A DNA stretch of 64,000 nucleotides from Alkalispirochaeta sp. (GTDB lineage: Bacteria; Spirochaetota; Spirochaetia; DSM-27196; Alkalispirochaetaceae), in NCBI GenBank assembly GCA_965601925.1, contig OZ271854.1, forward strand, positions 1,888,001 through 1,952,000, given 5' to 3'. Shown here in pieces: positions 39,022-49,055 of the stretch. The position numbers and the translations under genes are program-made. Below the pieces are notes generated by a model. That model was given only the letters and a program-made list of their open reading frames with translations. It was not told where the DNA came from and did no database searches. The stretch's first letter is position 1. The number at the start of each line of letters is the position of its first letter.

Positions 39022-39063
39022 ACGAGCGCCGCTCCGATGGTCGGCCGAGGAACAATGCGACCG

Positions 39064-41295
39064 TCAGTCGTAAAATCCGCGCCCCTCATCGGCGAGGCGT
39101 CCCAACAACGGCGCCGGCTCGAAGCGCGCTGCGACACGGCCGGACAACTCTTCGAGACGCTCGCGAATCGCGGATACCCCGATCGTGTCGGCCCACCGTA
39201 GGAGGCCGCCGCGGAACGGCGGAAACCCCGTGCCCATGATCATCGCAAGATCGAGCTCTCTCGCCGATGCGACGACCTGCTCATCCAAAGCGTAGGCCGC
39301 CTCGTTCACCATGTTGAGCATCGCGCGGTCGAAGATATCCCGTTCCGACGGGACGCCGCGGGAACCGTCTGCACGGTCGCGCAGGAGCGTTTTCATCGCC
39401 GGGTTTGGCTCGCCGCGTGTGCTTCCTCGGTAGAGATAGAAGCCCGCACCCGATTTCTTGCCCAGGATCGACGCATCCGATCGGACGGCGTCCAGGATCT
39501 GTGCGGTAGCCATGCGGCTGCCGAAGGCGTGGTGGAGCGTCTCCGCGACGTGAAATCCGACGTCGATGCCGACCTCGTCGAGGAGCGTGTACGGCCCCAT
39601 CGGCATCCCGAAGCGCGTGAAGATGCGGTCCGCCGTCACGTAATCCACGCCCTCGCCCAGCATCACCGCCGCTTCGTTCAAATAGGGGAGGAGGAGACGA
39701 TTTACGAGAAAGCCGGGGCTGTTTTTTACGACGACCGGCGTCTTTCCCAAAGCGAGCGTCGCCTTCACCACGTCGCCGACGACCTCCGCGGAGGTCCGCG
39801 CCCCGCGAATTACTTCGACCAGAGGCATGCGATCGACGGGGTTGAAGAAGTGCATACCGACGAATCGTTCGGGGTGCGATAGGGATTCGGCCATCTCGTC
39901 GATCGAGAGCGCCGAGGTGTTGCTGACGATGATCGCATTCTTCGAGACGGAACGTTCCACCTCGGCCAGAACCTTTTTCTTGACGTCGATTCGCTCGACC
40001 ACCGCCTCCACGACGAGATCGGGCATACCCAGCGCGGCGTACTCCACCGCCCCGTGGATGTGGTTGAGCTTGAGATTTACTTGGCGATCATCGAGCTTGC
40101 GACGCGACTGGAGATAGTCGTAGACCTCCTTGGCGCTCTGATATCCCTTGTGCACCGCGTCCCAGTTGATATCCTTCATCACCGTCGGAATATCTTTGTT
40201 GCTGAACAGCCACGCGATGCGTCCGCCCATGACGCCGGCGCCCAACACCGCGGCACGGCTCACGCGAAAGTCGCCTCGCGCGTGCGCGACCGCCTCGTGT
40301 CGCTTGGTCGCCTCGCGGGAGAAGAACAACCGTACCAGGTTCTTGCACACGTCGGTGACGGCCAGCGCGCCGAAGGCGGCGGCCTCGATGCGGAGCGCCC
40401 TCGTACGCCTCCGACGGTTCGCTATGCCGCCGCCGACGGTACGGCGTAACACCCCGAGGGCCGCCGGTTGTGCCGGATAGTGGCCGCCGGTCCGCCGTCG
40501 CACATCTTTGGCGGCGGCACGAAATACCAACCCGCGTCCGATCGCGGTGCGTTCGAGAAACCATGTTCGACGCGCCTTTGCCTTGGCGCGACTCCGATCG
40601 ACACCGGAGTCACCGCCGGCCTCGACGATACGCGCAACGAGCGAACGTCCCCACTCGGCGAAAAATGCCGGGGGATATACCGCGTCGACGAGTCCTATTT
40701 TGAACGCTCGGTCGGCGTCCACCGTCGATCCCGCGAGGATCATTTTCGTCGCCTGTACCCGGCCGACGATTCGCGGAAGGCGAAACGTGCCGCCCCAACC
40801 GGGAAGGACTCCCAGTTGCGTCTCCGGGAGTCCGATCTTCGTACGGGGGTTTGAGGCGGCGATGCGGTAGTCGCAGCTCAACGCAAGTTCCAAACCGCCG
40901 CCGACGCAGCTGCCGTTGATCGCGGCCATAGTCGGTACCGCAAGATCTTGTATGCGGTTAAAGAGCGTCTGCCCCGCCGAGGCCGCCTCGCGCGCCTCGG
41001 TCTCGTCGTCCAGCGCTTCGATAAGCTTGATGTCCGCGCCGGCGATGAAGTTGCCGTCTTTGGCGCTGGCGAAGATCACCGACGATATCGTCTGCTCGTC
41101 GGCGAGGCGTTCGAGTTCGCCGACGCGGCGCTCCAACTCGAGGAGCGCCTCTCTGGTAAAGGTGTTAAGCTTCTCTCCCGGGCTGTCGAACGTGAGCGTT
41201 GCGACGCGGTCCTCTATCGTCAGGTGGAAGTGCTCCGGCACGCCGTCGCCTTGCCCACGGTCGGCGGTCGTATTGTTCGTTGCGGCGGTACTCAT
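39064..41295 (-). CDS. fadJ: Fatty-acid oxidation multifunctional enzyme alpha subunit (enoyl-CoA hydratase / 3-hydroxyacyl-CoA dehydrogenase)
   Basis: FIAGADI, GGGLELAL, GLPETQLG, LGAGVMG, SNTSAL, GMHFFNPV, GTGFPPFRGG. Confidence 0.9.
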   Translation of the reverse strand: MSTAATNNTTADRGQGDGVPEHFHLTIEDRVATLTFDSPGEKLNTFTREALLELERRVGELERLADEQTISSVIFASAKDGNFIAGADIKLIEALDDETEAREAASAGQTLFNRIQDLAVPTMAAINGSCVGGGLELALSCDYRIAASNPRTKIGLPETQLGVLPGWGGTFRLPRIVGRVQATKMILAGSTVDADRAFKIGLVDAVYPPAFFAEWGRSLVARIVEAGGDSGVDRSRAKAKARRTWFLERTAIGRGLVFRAAAKDVRRRTGGHYPAQPAALGVLRRTVGGGIANRRRRTRALRIEAAAFGALAVTDVCKNLVRLFFSREATKRHEAVAHARGDFRVSRAAVLGAGVMGGRIAWLFSNKDIPTVMKDINWDAVHKGYQSAKEVYDYLQSRRKLDDRQVNLKLNHIHGAVEYAALGMPDLVVEAVVERIDVKKKVLAEVERSVSKNAIIVSNTSALSIDEMAESLSHPERFVGMHFFNPVDRMPLVEVIRGARTSAEVVGDVVKATLALGKTPVVVKNSPGFLVNRLLLPYLNEAAVMLGEGVDYVTADRIFTRFGMPMGPYTLLDEVGIDVGFHVAETLHHAFGSRMATAQILDAVRSDASILGKKSGAGFYLYRGSTRGEPNPAMKTLLRDRADGSRGVPSERDIFDRAMLNMVNEAAYALDEQVVASARELDLAMIMGTGFPPFRGGLLRWADTIGVSAIRERLEELSGRVAARFEPAPLLGRLADEGRGFYD

Positions 41296-42578
41296 GCCGC
41301 CTCCAGGAGGATCGATGCGCCTTGTCCGCCGCCGACGCACAGAGTGGCCAGGCCGGTCGATTTATTCTGCCGGCGCAACTCGCGCAGGACGTGGAGTACG
41401 ATGCGCGTGCCGGTCATACCGACGGGATGCCCCAAGGCGATCGCGCCGCCCTGATGATTCATGATCGAACGGTCGAAGAGTCCGATTTTGCGATCTCGCC
41501 CGAGAAACTTCCGTGCAAACTCGTCGGAGTCGCTGGCCCTCTCGCACGCGATAACCTGGGCGGCAAACGCCTCGTTTATTTCGATGTATTCGATGTCGCC
41601 CATCGTGACCCCAGTGCGTTCCATGAGGCGGCCTGTGGCGTATACGGGACCGAGACCCATGCGCTCGGGCTCCAGGGAGGCGTAGGCGAAGTCGCGCATA
41701 TACCCCAAGGGCTCCAGGCCGCGCCGTTTGGCCTCGCTCTCGCTCATAACGAGAACCGCCGCCGCGCCGTCGGTTACTTGCGAGGAGTTGCCGACCGTCA
41801 CCGTTCCCGATCGTCTGTCGAAGTACGGTTTCAGTTTTGCGAGACTCGCCATGGTTTGCCCTTTGCGGGGACCGATGTCCTCGGCAACCATCGTATCGAA
41901 TGCGGGATAGTGGGGAATCGGCATAATCTCACCGTCGAACGCACCCTCTTCCTGCGCCTGAACGGCGAGCCGGTGACTCCGGAGGGCGAACTCGTCCTGC
42001 TCTTCACGGGTGATGTGAAACTCTCGAGCGAGGTTCTCGGCCGTGAGTCCCATGATCAATCCGCTTACCGGATCGGTGAGGCCGAGCACGAGTCCGATGT
42101 CCGGCTTGAGCATCTTGAGGCGGAATGAAAGGAGCGTGCCCAGGCGCTGGCGCCCCGTCTTCGCGCGCATGAGGCGGTTCATAAACTCCGAGTACTCACG
42201 GTTGAACAGGAGGGGAATGTTACTCATGCTTTCCACGCCGCCGGCGACGAAGACGCTCCCGCGCCCCGAGGCGATCTTGGTGGCGGCGGTCGTGATCGAT
42301 TCCATGCCGCTCGCGCAGTTGCGATGAACGGTGTAGGCCGGAACCTCGATCGGTAATCCCGCCTTGAGGGCTATTACTCGCGATATGTTTGCCGCGTGCG
42401 CGGGCTGGGCGACGTTCCCGATGATTACTTCGTCGATCTCCTCGGGAGCGACGCCGCCGCGATTCACGACCTCCCGTACGACCGCCGCACCCAGATCGTC
42501 GGCCGGAGTATCCTTGAGCGCCGTCCCGGTCTTCGCCATCGGGGTGCGGATACCGGCGATGATTGCAATTCGTTCCAT
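41292..42578 (-). CDS. fadI: 3-ketoacyl-CoA thiolase
   Basis: NCASG, NEAFAAQ, GGAIALGHPVG, CVGGGQG. Confidence 0.9.
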   Translation of the reverse strand: MERIAIIAGIRTPMAKTGTALKDTPADDLGAAVVREVVNRGGVAPEEIDEVIIGNVAQPAHAANISRVIALKAGLPIEVPAYTVHRNCASGMESITTAATKIASGRGSVFVAGGVESMSNIPLLFNREYSEFMNRLMRAKTGRQRLGTLLSFRLKMLKPDIGLVLGLTDPVSGLIMGLTAENLAREFHITREEQDEFALRSHRLAVQAQEEGAFDGEIMPIPHYPAFDTMVAEDIGPRKGQTMASLAKLKPYFDRRSGTVTVGNSSQVTDGAAAVLVMSESEAKRRGLEPLGYMRDFAYASLEPERMGLGPVYATGRLMERTGVTMGDIEYIEINEAFAAQVIACERASDSDEFARKFLGRDRKIGLFDRSIMNHQGGAIALGHPVGMTGTRIVLHVLRELRRQNKSTGLATLCVGGGQGASILLEAA

Positions 42579-44374
42579 TACCGATCTCCTCCAATATGTT
42601 CATACATCCGTTCTATTTTCTCACCGTGCATCTGCTCTATTGCACTGCGCCTGACCTTCATCGTCGGTGTGAGTTCGCCGGTTTCGATGCTCGCCGGTCG
42701 GTCCATAATCGCGAATCGAACGATCTGCTCGCAGTGGTGACGGTGGCGGTTTACCTCGGCGATATGCCCCTCGATCTCCTCGTAAAGGGCTCTGGACTGA
42801 AGATACTCGGTGTCGCTCATCGCGGCGAGGCCGCGCTCATTCTTGATGCGGCCGAGCGTCTCGATGTCCGGAAAAATGAGCGCCGTAACGTACACGCGGT
42901 TATCGGCGAAGATTACCGCCGTGTCGACGGCCGGATGCTCGGCGATTGCTCGCTCAATGGGAACCGGCGGCACGTACTCGCCGGTCGATTTCTTGAAGAG
43001 CTCTTTCTTGCGACCGGTGATGGTCAGATACCCGTCCTCATCGATCGACCCGAGATCGCCGGTGTAAAGCCATCCGTCTCGGATCGTCTCCGAGGTGGCC
43101 TCAGACCGATTGTGGTATCCGCGCATCACGTTCGGACCTCGGACCAACACCTCCCCGTCCTCGGCTATCCGCGCCTCAACGCCGGGGAACAGTGGGCCGA
43201 CCGTGCCGATTTTTCGATTGTCTCGGTAGTTGGCCGCCACGACCGGCGAGGACTCGGTCATGCCGTATCCCTCGTAGATGGGAAGCCCGACGTTGATGAA
43301 GAATCGAGCGATCTCGGGAGCCAGCTTCGCCGAGCCGCTGATGAGCGTATGGGCGCGACCGCCCAGCGCGGCGCGAAATTTTCGATAGACCAGGCGATCG
43401 TAGAGACGGTCGACGAGCGTCGAACCGGCATGTTCGTCTCGCGTCTCCGCACGGGCGAACGCGCGGCGAGCGAGAGCTCCCGCTACACCCGTCTTCGCCA
43501 TAGTCTTCTCTTTCATTTTGAGATGGACCTTCTCCAGGAGGCGCGGGACCACGGTCATCGCCGTCGGGCGAACGTCGCCGACGTAGTCGGTCAGATTGCG
43601 CGGATCGTCGGCGAAGTATACGCGCATTCCGCTGGTCAAGTAGAAGTACACGACCATACGCTCAAAGATGTGCGCCAGCGGAAGCAGCGACATCGCGACA
43701 TCAACCGCAGGATCGAGCTCGTATCGCACGCCGGCCGCTTCGATCTGGCTCATGAGATTGGTGTGCGTCAGCTCTACGCCTTTGGGGAGCCCGGTCGAGC
43801 CTGACGTATAGATGATGGTACACAGATCGTCACCCTTGACCGCCTCCAATAACTCGTCGAATCGATCGGGCTGCTTCTCGGCCACACTGCGTCCGGTCTC
43901 TATGAGGTGGTCGAATAGCTCATTGTCGGTGCAACAACCGAAGGTGACCAGCTCCGTCACATCGCGTCCGTGTTTCACCGCTATCGGAATCTCGTCGGGG
44001 TAGCCGACGAACAGATACCGCATACCCGAATCGGCGACTTCGTGTTTGAAACTCTCGGGTGAGATCTTTTTGAAGATCGGCACGGTGATGCCGCCGATAC
44101 TTTGGATCGCCGCATCGACGATGATCCACTCGGGCCCCGGTGGAGAGATCAATCCTACCCGGTCGCCGGCCTTTACACCGAGATCGTCGAGGCCGAGGGC
44201 CAGAAACTGTATGGACCGGCGCGTTTCCTGCGACGAGTATCGACGCCATCCGCCGGCTCCGTCCGGATACGCAAGCAAATCGGGATGGGGAACACGAAGC
44301 ATCGAGTCGAGAAATAGCGAGGGGAGCGATGCGGCGATCCGCTCACCACGTTCGCTTTGTGATACGCGCGTCAT
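42578..44374 (-). CDS. fadD: Long-chain fatty acid-CoA ligase
   Basis: YTSGSTGLPKG, YEGYGMTE, TGDLG, ELTPTMKVRR. ATG follows AAGGAG. Confidence 0.92.
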   Translation of the reverse strand: MTRVSQSERGERIAASLPSLFLDSMLRVPHPDLLAYPDGAGGWRRYSSQETRRSIQFLALGLDDLGVKAGDRVGLISPPGPEWIIVDAAIQSIGGITVPIFKKISPESFKHEVADSGMRYLFVGYPDEIPIAVKHGRDVTELVTFGCCTDNELFDHLIETGRSVAEKQPDRFDELLEAVKGDDLCTIIYTSGSTGLPKGVELTHTNLMSQIEAAGVRYELDPAVDVAMSLLPLAHIFERMVVYFYLTSGMRVYFADDPRNLTDYVGDVRPTAMTVVPRLLEKVHLKMKEKTMAKTGVAGALARRAFARAETRDEHAGSTLVDRLYDRLVYRKFRAALGGRAHTLISGSAKLAPEIARFFINVGLPIYEGYGMTESSPVVAANYRDNRKIGTVGPLFPGVEARIAEDGEVLVRGPNVMRGYHNRSEATSETIRDGWLYTGDLGSIDEDGYLTITGRKKELFKKSTGEYVPPVPIERAIAEHPAVDTAVIFADNRVYVTALIFPDIETLGRIKNERGLAAMSDTEYLQSRALYEEIEGHIAEVNRHRHHCEQIVRFAIMDRPASIETGELTPTMKVRRSAIEQMHGEKIERMYEHIGGDR

Positions 44375-44421
44375 ACGGTGACACTCCTTTCGAACTCCGG
44401 CACTATCGGGAATGCGTTTTG

Positions 44422-44441
44422 TCGGTCGGTCGACTGACCGA
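44422..44441. promoter_or_regulatory. 20-bp palindromic operator candidate upstream of the fad operon
   Basis: TCGGTCGGTC-GACTGACCGA (one mismatch), next to a GATAAT -10-like box. Confidence 0.55.
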
Positions 44442-44523
44442 TTATCACTCAAAGTAAACCGAAATACTCAAGAAATCAACGAAAGAATGTGCTTCCGAGA
44501 CGGTGTCGACGGAACGTCGACCG

Positions 44524-44883
44524 TTATCGAGGCGTGGGAGCGCTTACCAGCGGTAGCAGGCGGGCCAACCGGCGACCGACGATCGATTCCACGGCGCCCG
44601 GGAGCCCGTGGTGTTCGACTTGATCGCGCACCGCGGTAGTGATTCGCTCGGTGAGGGTGTCGAGATCGGCGATATCGGTAATCGGGATTTCGGTCAGCAC
44701 GCGGCGAATGCGAGCGAGACCGTGCAGTTCCCACTCCAACAGCGCATTGTTCTCTCTATAGACGTGATCGGTTATCTCGAGTGCGGCAAACCGTTGGGCT
44801 AAGGTGCGCTCCAAGTCGCGAATATCCTCCTCTGCGTCGAGAAGTTCCGCCTCGAGCAAGCGTAGCAGGCGCGTGGTTTGCAT
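44524..44883 (-). CDS. Hypothetical alpha-helical protein
   Basis: Strong SD (GAGGAGGAGG) and amphipathic helices. Confidence 0.7.
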   Translation of the reverse strand: MQTTRLLRLLEAELLDAEEDIRDLERTLAQRFAALEITDHVYRENNALLEWELHGLARIRRVLTEIPITDIADLDTLTERITTAVRDQVEHHGLPGAVESIVGRRLARLLPLVSAPTPR

Positions 44884-44913
44884 AGCGCTACCTCCTCCTC
44901 TCTATTGTAGGTA

Positions 44914-46020
44914 TCAGAACCGCATGCTGTCCAGAATCGTGCCGGTATCGCCGAACGGATTCTCCAACCCCTCGGGAAACCCGGCAAGGCCGCGCGCCTC
45001 AATAGCGCGGTACATACGAAAGATCGAGCGCACTTCCGCCAATCTCGCCGTTACCTCGCGCTCCTCGGCGGCAAACTCGCGAAAAAAGCGCTCCGAGTCG
45101 GCCCCGTCGATTTGCGTGCGACCGATACCTTGGTCGTGAAAGCGACGAAGCTCCCGTAGGCGATATACGGTATCCTCGAAGAGCGGAAAAATACTGCGCA
45201 TTGCGATCAGCGCCGGGCCGATTTCTGCGCGTAGGCGCATCTGGTCACCCAACGAACCGGCGCCCTGCTCCTCAAGCTCTTTGAGGCGTTCGCGATACAC
45301 GACAAGTCGCTCGTATGCGTCGAAAAAAGTCGGCTTGGTGTCTTGGTACCGTCTCACGTAGGCCCGAATGAAGGTCGGCGCACCGTTGCGAAAGGCCTGG
45401 AGCCGCGTTTCGGTCCAGCGGGCGTAGTAACGCTCGAAGTCACCGCCTGGTACCACTTGCGTCTGTGTCCGCCCGTCCGGCAGCGCCTCGACGGCCGCTC
45501 CCTCCTCGGCCGTGATCTCCTCGCCGCCGGCAACGAGAACGACTATCCCCTCGCGCACTCCCAGAAGTGTTGCTTCGTCGGGAGACGTGAGCACATCAAA
45601 CTGGGTGCCGCGCACCCCGAGAATCGCGGAGCGCGTGCGGACTTGGAGTGTCGTATTCTCCGAAACGGCGTGGGCGGCGATCTCGACGCCACCGGACAGT
45701 ACGTTGAGTTGTACCGTTACGCCGCGAGGGGTCGATGATCGTTGAACGTAGTAGGCCGAGTTTTCGCGTACGCGAACGGTACCGCGCGCCGGCTCCGCCA
45801 GCTCAACCTCGATGTAGCCGTCGAATCCCGTCTGGATGACATCGAACTCGAATATCGGCTCGCCGATCTCTATTTCAAATGCATCGCGTTGCTCGCCGTC
45901 CCGCACGAGCTCCACATCGCCCTCGATATACGTGACACGTCCGAGCTCCAGCGCTCCCATAGCTGCCGTCGTTAATACCGACAGCACCAACACGAGAACG
46001 ATACGCGCGCGATTGCTCAT
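44914..46020 (-). CDS. Exported FecR-domain protein
   Basis: Signal peptide; YIEGDV, DVIQTG, SAILGVRGTQFDV, VREG. Confidence 0.85.
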   Translation of the reverse strand: MSNRARIVLVLVLSVLTTAAMGALELGRVTYIEGDVELVRDGEQRDAFEIEIGEPIFEFDVIQTGFDGYIEVELAEPARGTVRVRENSAYYVQRSSTPRGVTVQLNVLSGGVEIAAHAVSENTTLQVRTRSAILGVRGTQFDVLTSPDEATLLGVREGIVVLVAGGEEITAEEGAAVEALPDGRTQTQVVPGGDFERYYARWTETRLQAFRNGAPTFIRAYVRRYQDTKPTFFDAYERLVVYRERLKELEEQGAGSLGDQMRLRAEIGPALIAMRSIFPLFEDTVYRLRELRRFHDQGIGRTQIDGADSERFFREFAAEEREVTARLAEVRSIFRMYRAIEARGLAGFPEGLENPFGDTGTILDSMRF

Positions 46021-46025
46021 GGAGC

Positions 46026-46877
46026 TTACTCCTCCCTGGCGACGGCCAGGCTGTAGTAATAGCGGCCGTCCCCCGAGATGAACCGAGCCACGACCACGAA
46101 TTGCCGCAGGATTGCCGAGGCTTCTTGTGCACTGGTTACCGCGCTCGTCGTTCCCGCACCCTCTACCGAGCGCCGATCATCGATGGTACGAAGCGTCGTG
46201 CCCGCCTGGAGCAGAATTCCTTTGAGGGCCTCCTGATCGGCGTTATCCACGCTCTCTCGGATACGTCGACTGCGCAAGGAGGATCCGACCGCGGCGAGAT
46301 AGCCCGGTACCTCCGGCGGTGTCCCGGTCCAGGACGGATCCTCGGACTCGCGAGCCGAGACCGCAAGATTCGACAGATCGGGGGCCGGCGGGAGGCCCGG
46401 GAAGCGGGCGAGCACGACCGTGCCCTCTTCGTCTTGATACACCTCGATGACCTCACCCGACTCCCGGAGCGAATCGGCAAGCGAGGCGTCCCAATCGGCC
46501 TCAATATCCTCGAGATAGCCGATACCGGTGTTATCGCGCCTGGCGACGTAGCGATAGGTCGCCGCAATTCCGACGTATCGTGATGCCTGTTCCGCGGCGT
46601 GGAGAAGCGCCGCTTCTCGTTCTTCCGCTCTATCGCGGAGTCGGTTGGCGGCGCCCAAAAAGACCGGTGAACCGCCCGTGGGACGTAAATCCCAGAGTGA
46701 GGTTCCGATGGAGCCGCGTGCGCCGGCTCGGTTGTCGTCGATATGGGGTGCGTCCGCGGCCGGCTGCGAGGCCGGAGTCGGCCCGTCCGTCGATCGCTCG
46801 GCGGCGGGAGTGGCGCACGAACCGACGATACATGCTCCGATCACGATCAGAGCGGCGCGAAACAGTGGAGACATCAT
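46026..46877 (-). CDS. Lipoprotein (LPP20-like)
   Basis: Lipobox VGSC; DPSWTGTPP..GYLAAVG. Confidence 0.65.
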   Translation of the reverse strand: MMSPLFRAALIVIGACIVGSCATPAAERSTDGPTPASQPAADAPHIDDNRAGARGSIGTSLWDLRPTGGSPVFLGAANRLRDRAEEREAALLHAAEQASRYVGIAATYRYVARRDNTGIGYLEDIEADWDASLADSLRESGEVIEVYQDEEGTVVLARFPGLPPAPDLSNLAVSARESEDPSWTGTPPEVPGYLAAVGSSLRSRRIRESVDNADQEALKGILLQAGTTLRTIDDRRSVEGAGTTSAVTSAQEASAILRQFVVVARFISGDGRYYYSLAVAREE

Positions 46878-46921
46878 CTGGTACTATAGGCCGTGCCGGG
46901 CGAGAAGACAATGCCGTTTTG

Positions 46922-46950
46922 TTGACAAAGCAACACGGCAAACCTATCCT
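46922..46950 (+). promoter_or_regulatory. Sigma70 promoter
   Basis: TTGACA-17-TATCCT. Confidence 0.65.
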
Positions 46951-46989
46951 CTAGGCGAATATGCATCTCAGCTCAGGAGATTGAAAACT

Positions 46990-47595
46990 ATGAAACACTA
47001 CGCAATGATCGGCGTCATCGGCGCTTTAGCTATACTCACCGGCTGTGCGACCCCGAGCCGGACCGTCGAACGCACCGCAACCGATACGCAGATCGACCTC
47101 AGCGGCCGTTGGAACGACACCGACGCGCGTCTGGTCGCCGAGGAGATGATCGACGACCTTCTCGACCGTCCGTGGCTCACTCGTTTCGGCCAGGACGAGG
47201 GTCGAGAGCCGGTCGTCATCGTCGGCCGCATCAGAAATCGTAGCTCCGAACACATCGACACGACGCCCCTCGTAAACGACATTTCGCGTGAGTTGGTCAA
47301 CAGCGGTATGGTGCGATTCGTCGCCGCCGCCGATCAGCGTGAGGCGGTTCGAGAGGAGCGCATGGATCAGCAGTCGCAGGCCGCTGAAGAGACGATCGCC
47401 CGCCTCGGAGAGGAGACCGGCGCCGATTTCATGCTGCAGGGATCGATCTCATCGACCACCGACGCGGTCGACGGAGAGCGGCTGGTGTTTTATCAAGTCG
47501 ATATGGAGCTGATCGATATCGAGACGAACGAACGCGTCTGGATCGGATCCAAAGAGATCAGAAAGCTCATCGAACAGCGTCGAAGGCGCTTCTGA
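46990..47595 (+). CDS. lpoB: LpoB-like lipoprotein
   Basis: Lipobox LTGC; DLSGRWNDTD, NRSSEHIDT, GADFMLQGSI, YQVDMEL. Confidence 0.8.
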   Translation: MKHYAMIGVIGALAILTGCATPSRTVERTATDTQIDLSGRWNDTDARLVAEEMIDDLLDRPWLTRFGQDEGREPVVIVGRIRNRSSEHIDTTPLVNDISRELVNSGMVRFVAAADQREAVREERMDQQSQAAEETIARLGEETGADFMLQGSISSTTDAVDGERLVFYQVDMELIDIETNERVWIGSKEIRKLIEQRRRRF

Positions 47596-47615
47596 TCTCG
47601 GTGAACGGTTGCACC

Positions 47616-49040
47616 ATGGCGGTACATCGCACCACGTCGCGGCGGCGTCTCGCGCTCTTTGCACCGATTGTCGCCGTGGTACTCCTGGCCTCGTGCACGA
47701 CGACCAGGAACGAACGGTTCGTCGAACTCGACGGCATGGTCCGCGAGGGCGAGTTCGGTACCGCCGTGAGCCAAATCGAGGACGATCGGGACGACTTATA
47801 CGGTAATCGCGAACAGCTTCTCTTCTATCTCGATACCGGAATGCTCTACTTTTATGACGAACAGTTCGACGAGAGCATCCGCCGGTTTCACGAGGCGGAA
47901 CGGCTCATCGAAGAGCTGTTTACGCGCAGCATCACCCAGGCCGCCGCGACCTTTCTGCTCAACGACAACGCCCAGGATTACTCCGGTGAGGACTTCGAGG
48001 ATATCTATCTCAACGTGTTTAAGGCCGCCTCTTTTATCGAGCAGGGGAACATAGAGGGAGCATTCGTCGAGGTCCGCAGAATCAATAACAAACTCAATCT
48101 GTTGGAGGATAAGTATCGCGGCCTGGCGGAGGAGTACAACCGCTCCGAAGATGCGGCTATCGAGGTTGCAACCGGCGAGAGCCGCTTCTTCAACAGCGCG
48201 CTGGCGCGGTATCTCAGCTTGGTCATGTATCGCGCCGAGGGGGATTTCGACAGCGCCCGCATCGATTGGCAGGAGATACAGGAGGCTTTTGCCGCGCAGG
48301 CGAACCTCTATGATTTTCCGATTCCCTTCGACGATACCGTCATCGAACCCGCCGACGGCGCGCGCTTGAGCGTCCTCTCGTTCGTCGGCGAGGCGCCGCT
48401 CAAGCGCGCCGACGCGTTATACATCATCACGCTCGACAACGCGGTACAGATTGTCGCGGCGAGCGAAGGTGACGAGGGGGTACTCGTTCCGGAGGGATAC
48501 GCGAGTTTCTTCTACCCCGGTATCGAGGGTGGATACACATTCAATTTTGAGTTGCCTCGTATGGAGCTCCGAGGGAGCGATGTGGAGCGCATCCGGGTCG
48601 TCGTGGACGGACGGCCCCTCGGCGACCTGCGCCGTCTCGAGGATATCGAACGCATAGCCGTGGATACCTTCGAAATTCGACGGACGTTGATCTTCATCAA
48701 AACGGTGACCCGCACGATCGTGAAGGGCATCATCGCCCAACAGGGGACGGAGTTGTTGGAGGAGGCCGTCGGATCGGATACGCTGTTGGGCGGCGCGGTC
48801 GGGCTGTTCGGATCGATCGCGGCCGGTGTCGCGGTAGACGCGAGCGAGGAGGCCGACTTGCGTGTCTCGCGCTACTTCCCCGCCTACGCATACGTGGGCG
48901 AGTGGGATATCCCGGCGGGAACATACGATATCGAGATCGAATACTTCGGTGCGCGAGGGTTACTGCACGTTGAGGACTTCGGTCGCGTGTTGATCGAGGA
49001 CGACGGACTCAATTTTCTATCGTCGTCGTACAACAACTGA
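47616..49040 (+). CDS. COG3014-like TPR lipoprotein
   Basis: Lipobox LASC; LLFYLDTGML, YSGEDFE, AFVEVRR, EEADLR. Confidence 0.75.
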   Translation: MAVHRTTSRRRLALFAPIVAVVLLASCTTTRNERFVELDGMVREGEFGTAVSQIEDDRDDLYGNREQLLFYLDTGMLYFYDEQFDESIRRFHEAERLIEELFTRSITQAAATFLLNDNAQDYSGEDFEDIYLNVFKAASFIEQGNIEGAFVEVRRINNKLNLLEDKYRGLAEEYNRSEDAAIEVATGESRFFNSALARYLSLVMYRAEGDFDSARIDWQEIQEAFAAQANLYDFPIPFDDTVIEPADGARLSVLSFVGEAPLKRADALYIITLDNAVQIVAASEGDEGVLVPEGYASFFYPGIEGGYTFNFELPRMELRGSDVERIRVVVDGRPLGDLRRLEDIERIAVDTFEIRRTLIFIKTVTRTIVKGIIAQQGTELLEEAVGSDTLLGGAVGLFGSIAAGVAVDASEEADLRVSRYFPAYAYVGEWDIPAGTYDIEIEYFGARGLLHVEDFGRVLIEDDGLNFLSSSYNN

Positions 49041-49055
49041 CAGGGAGACGGATAC

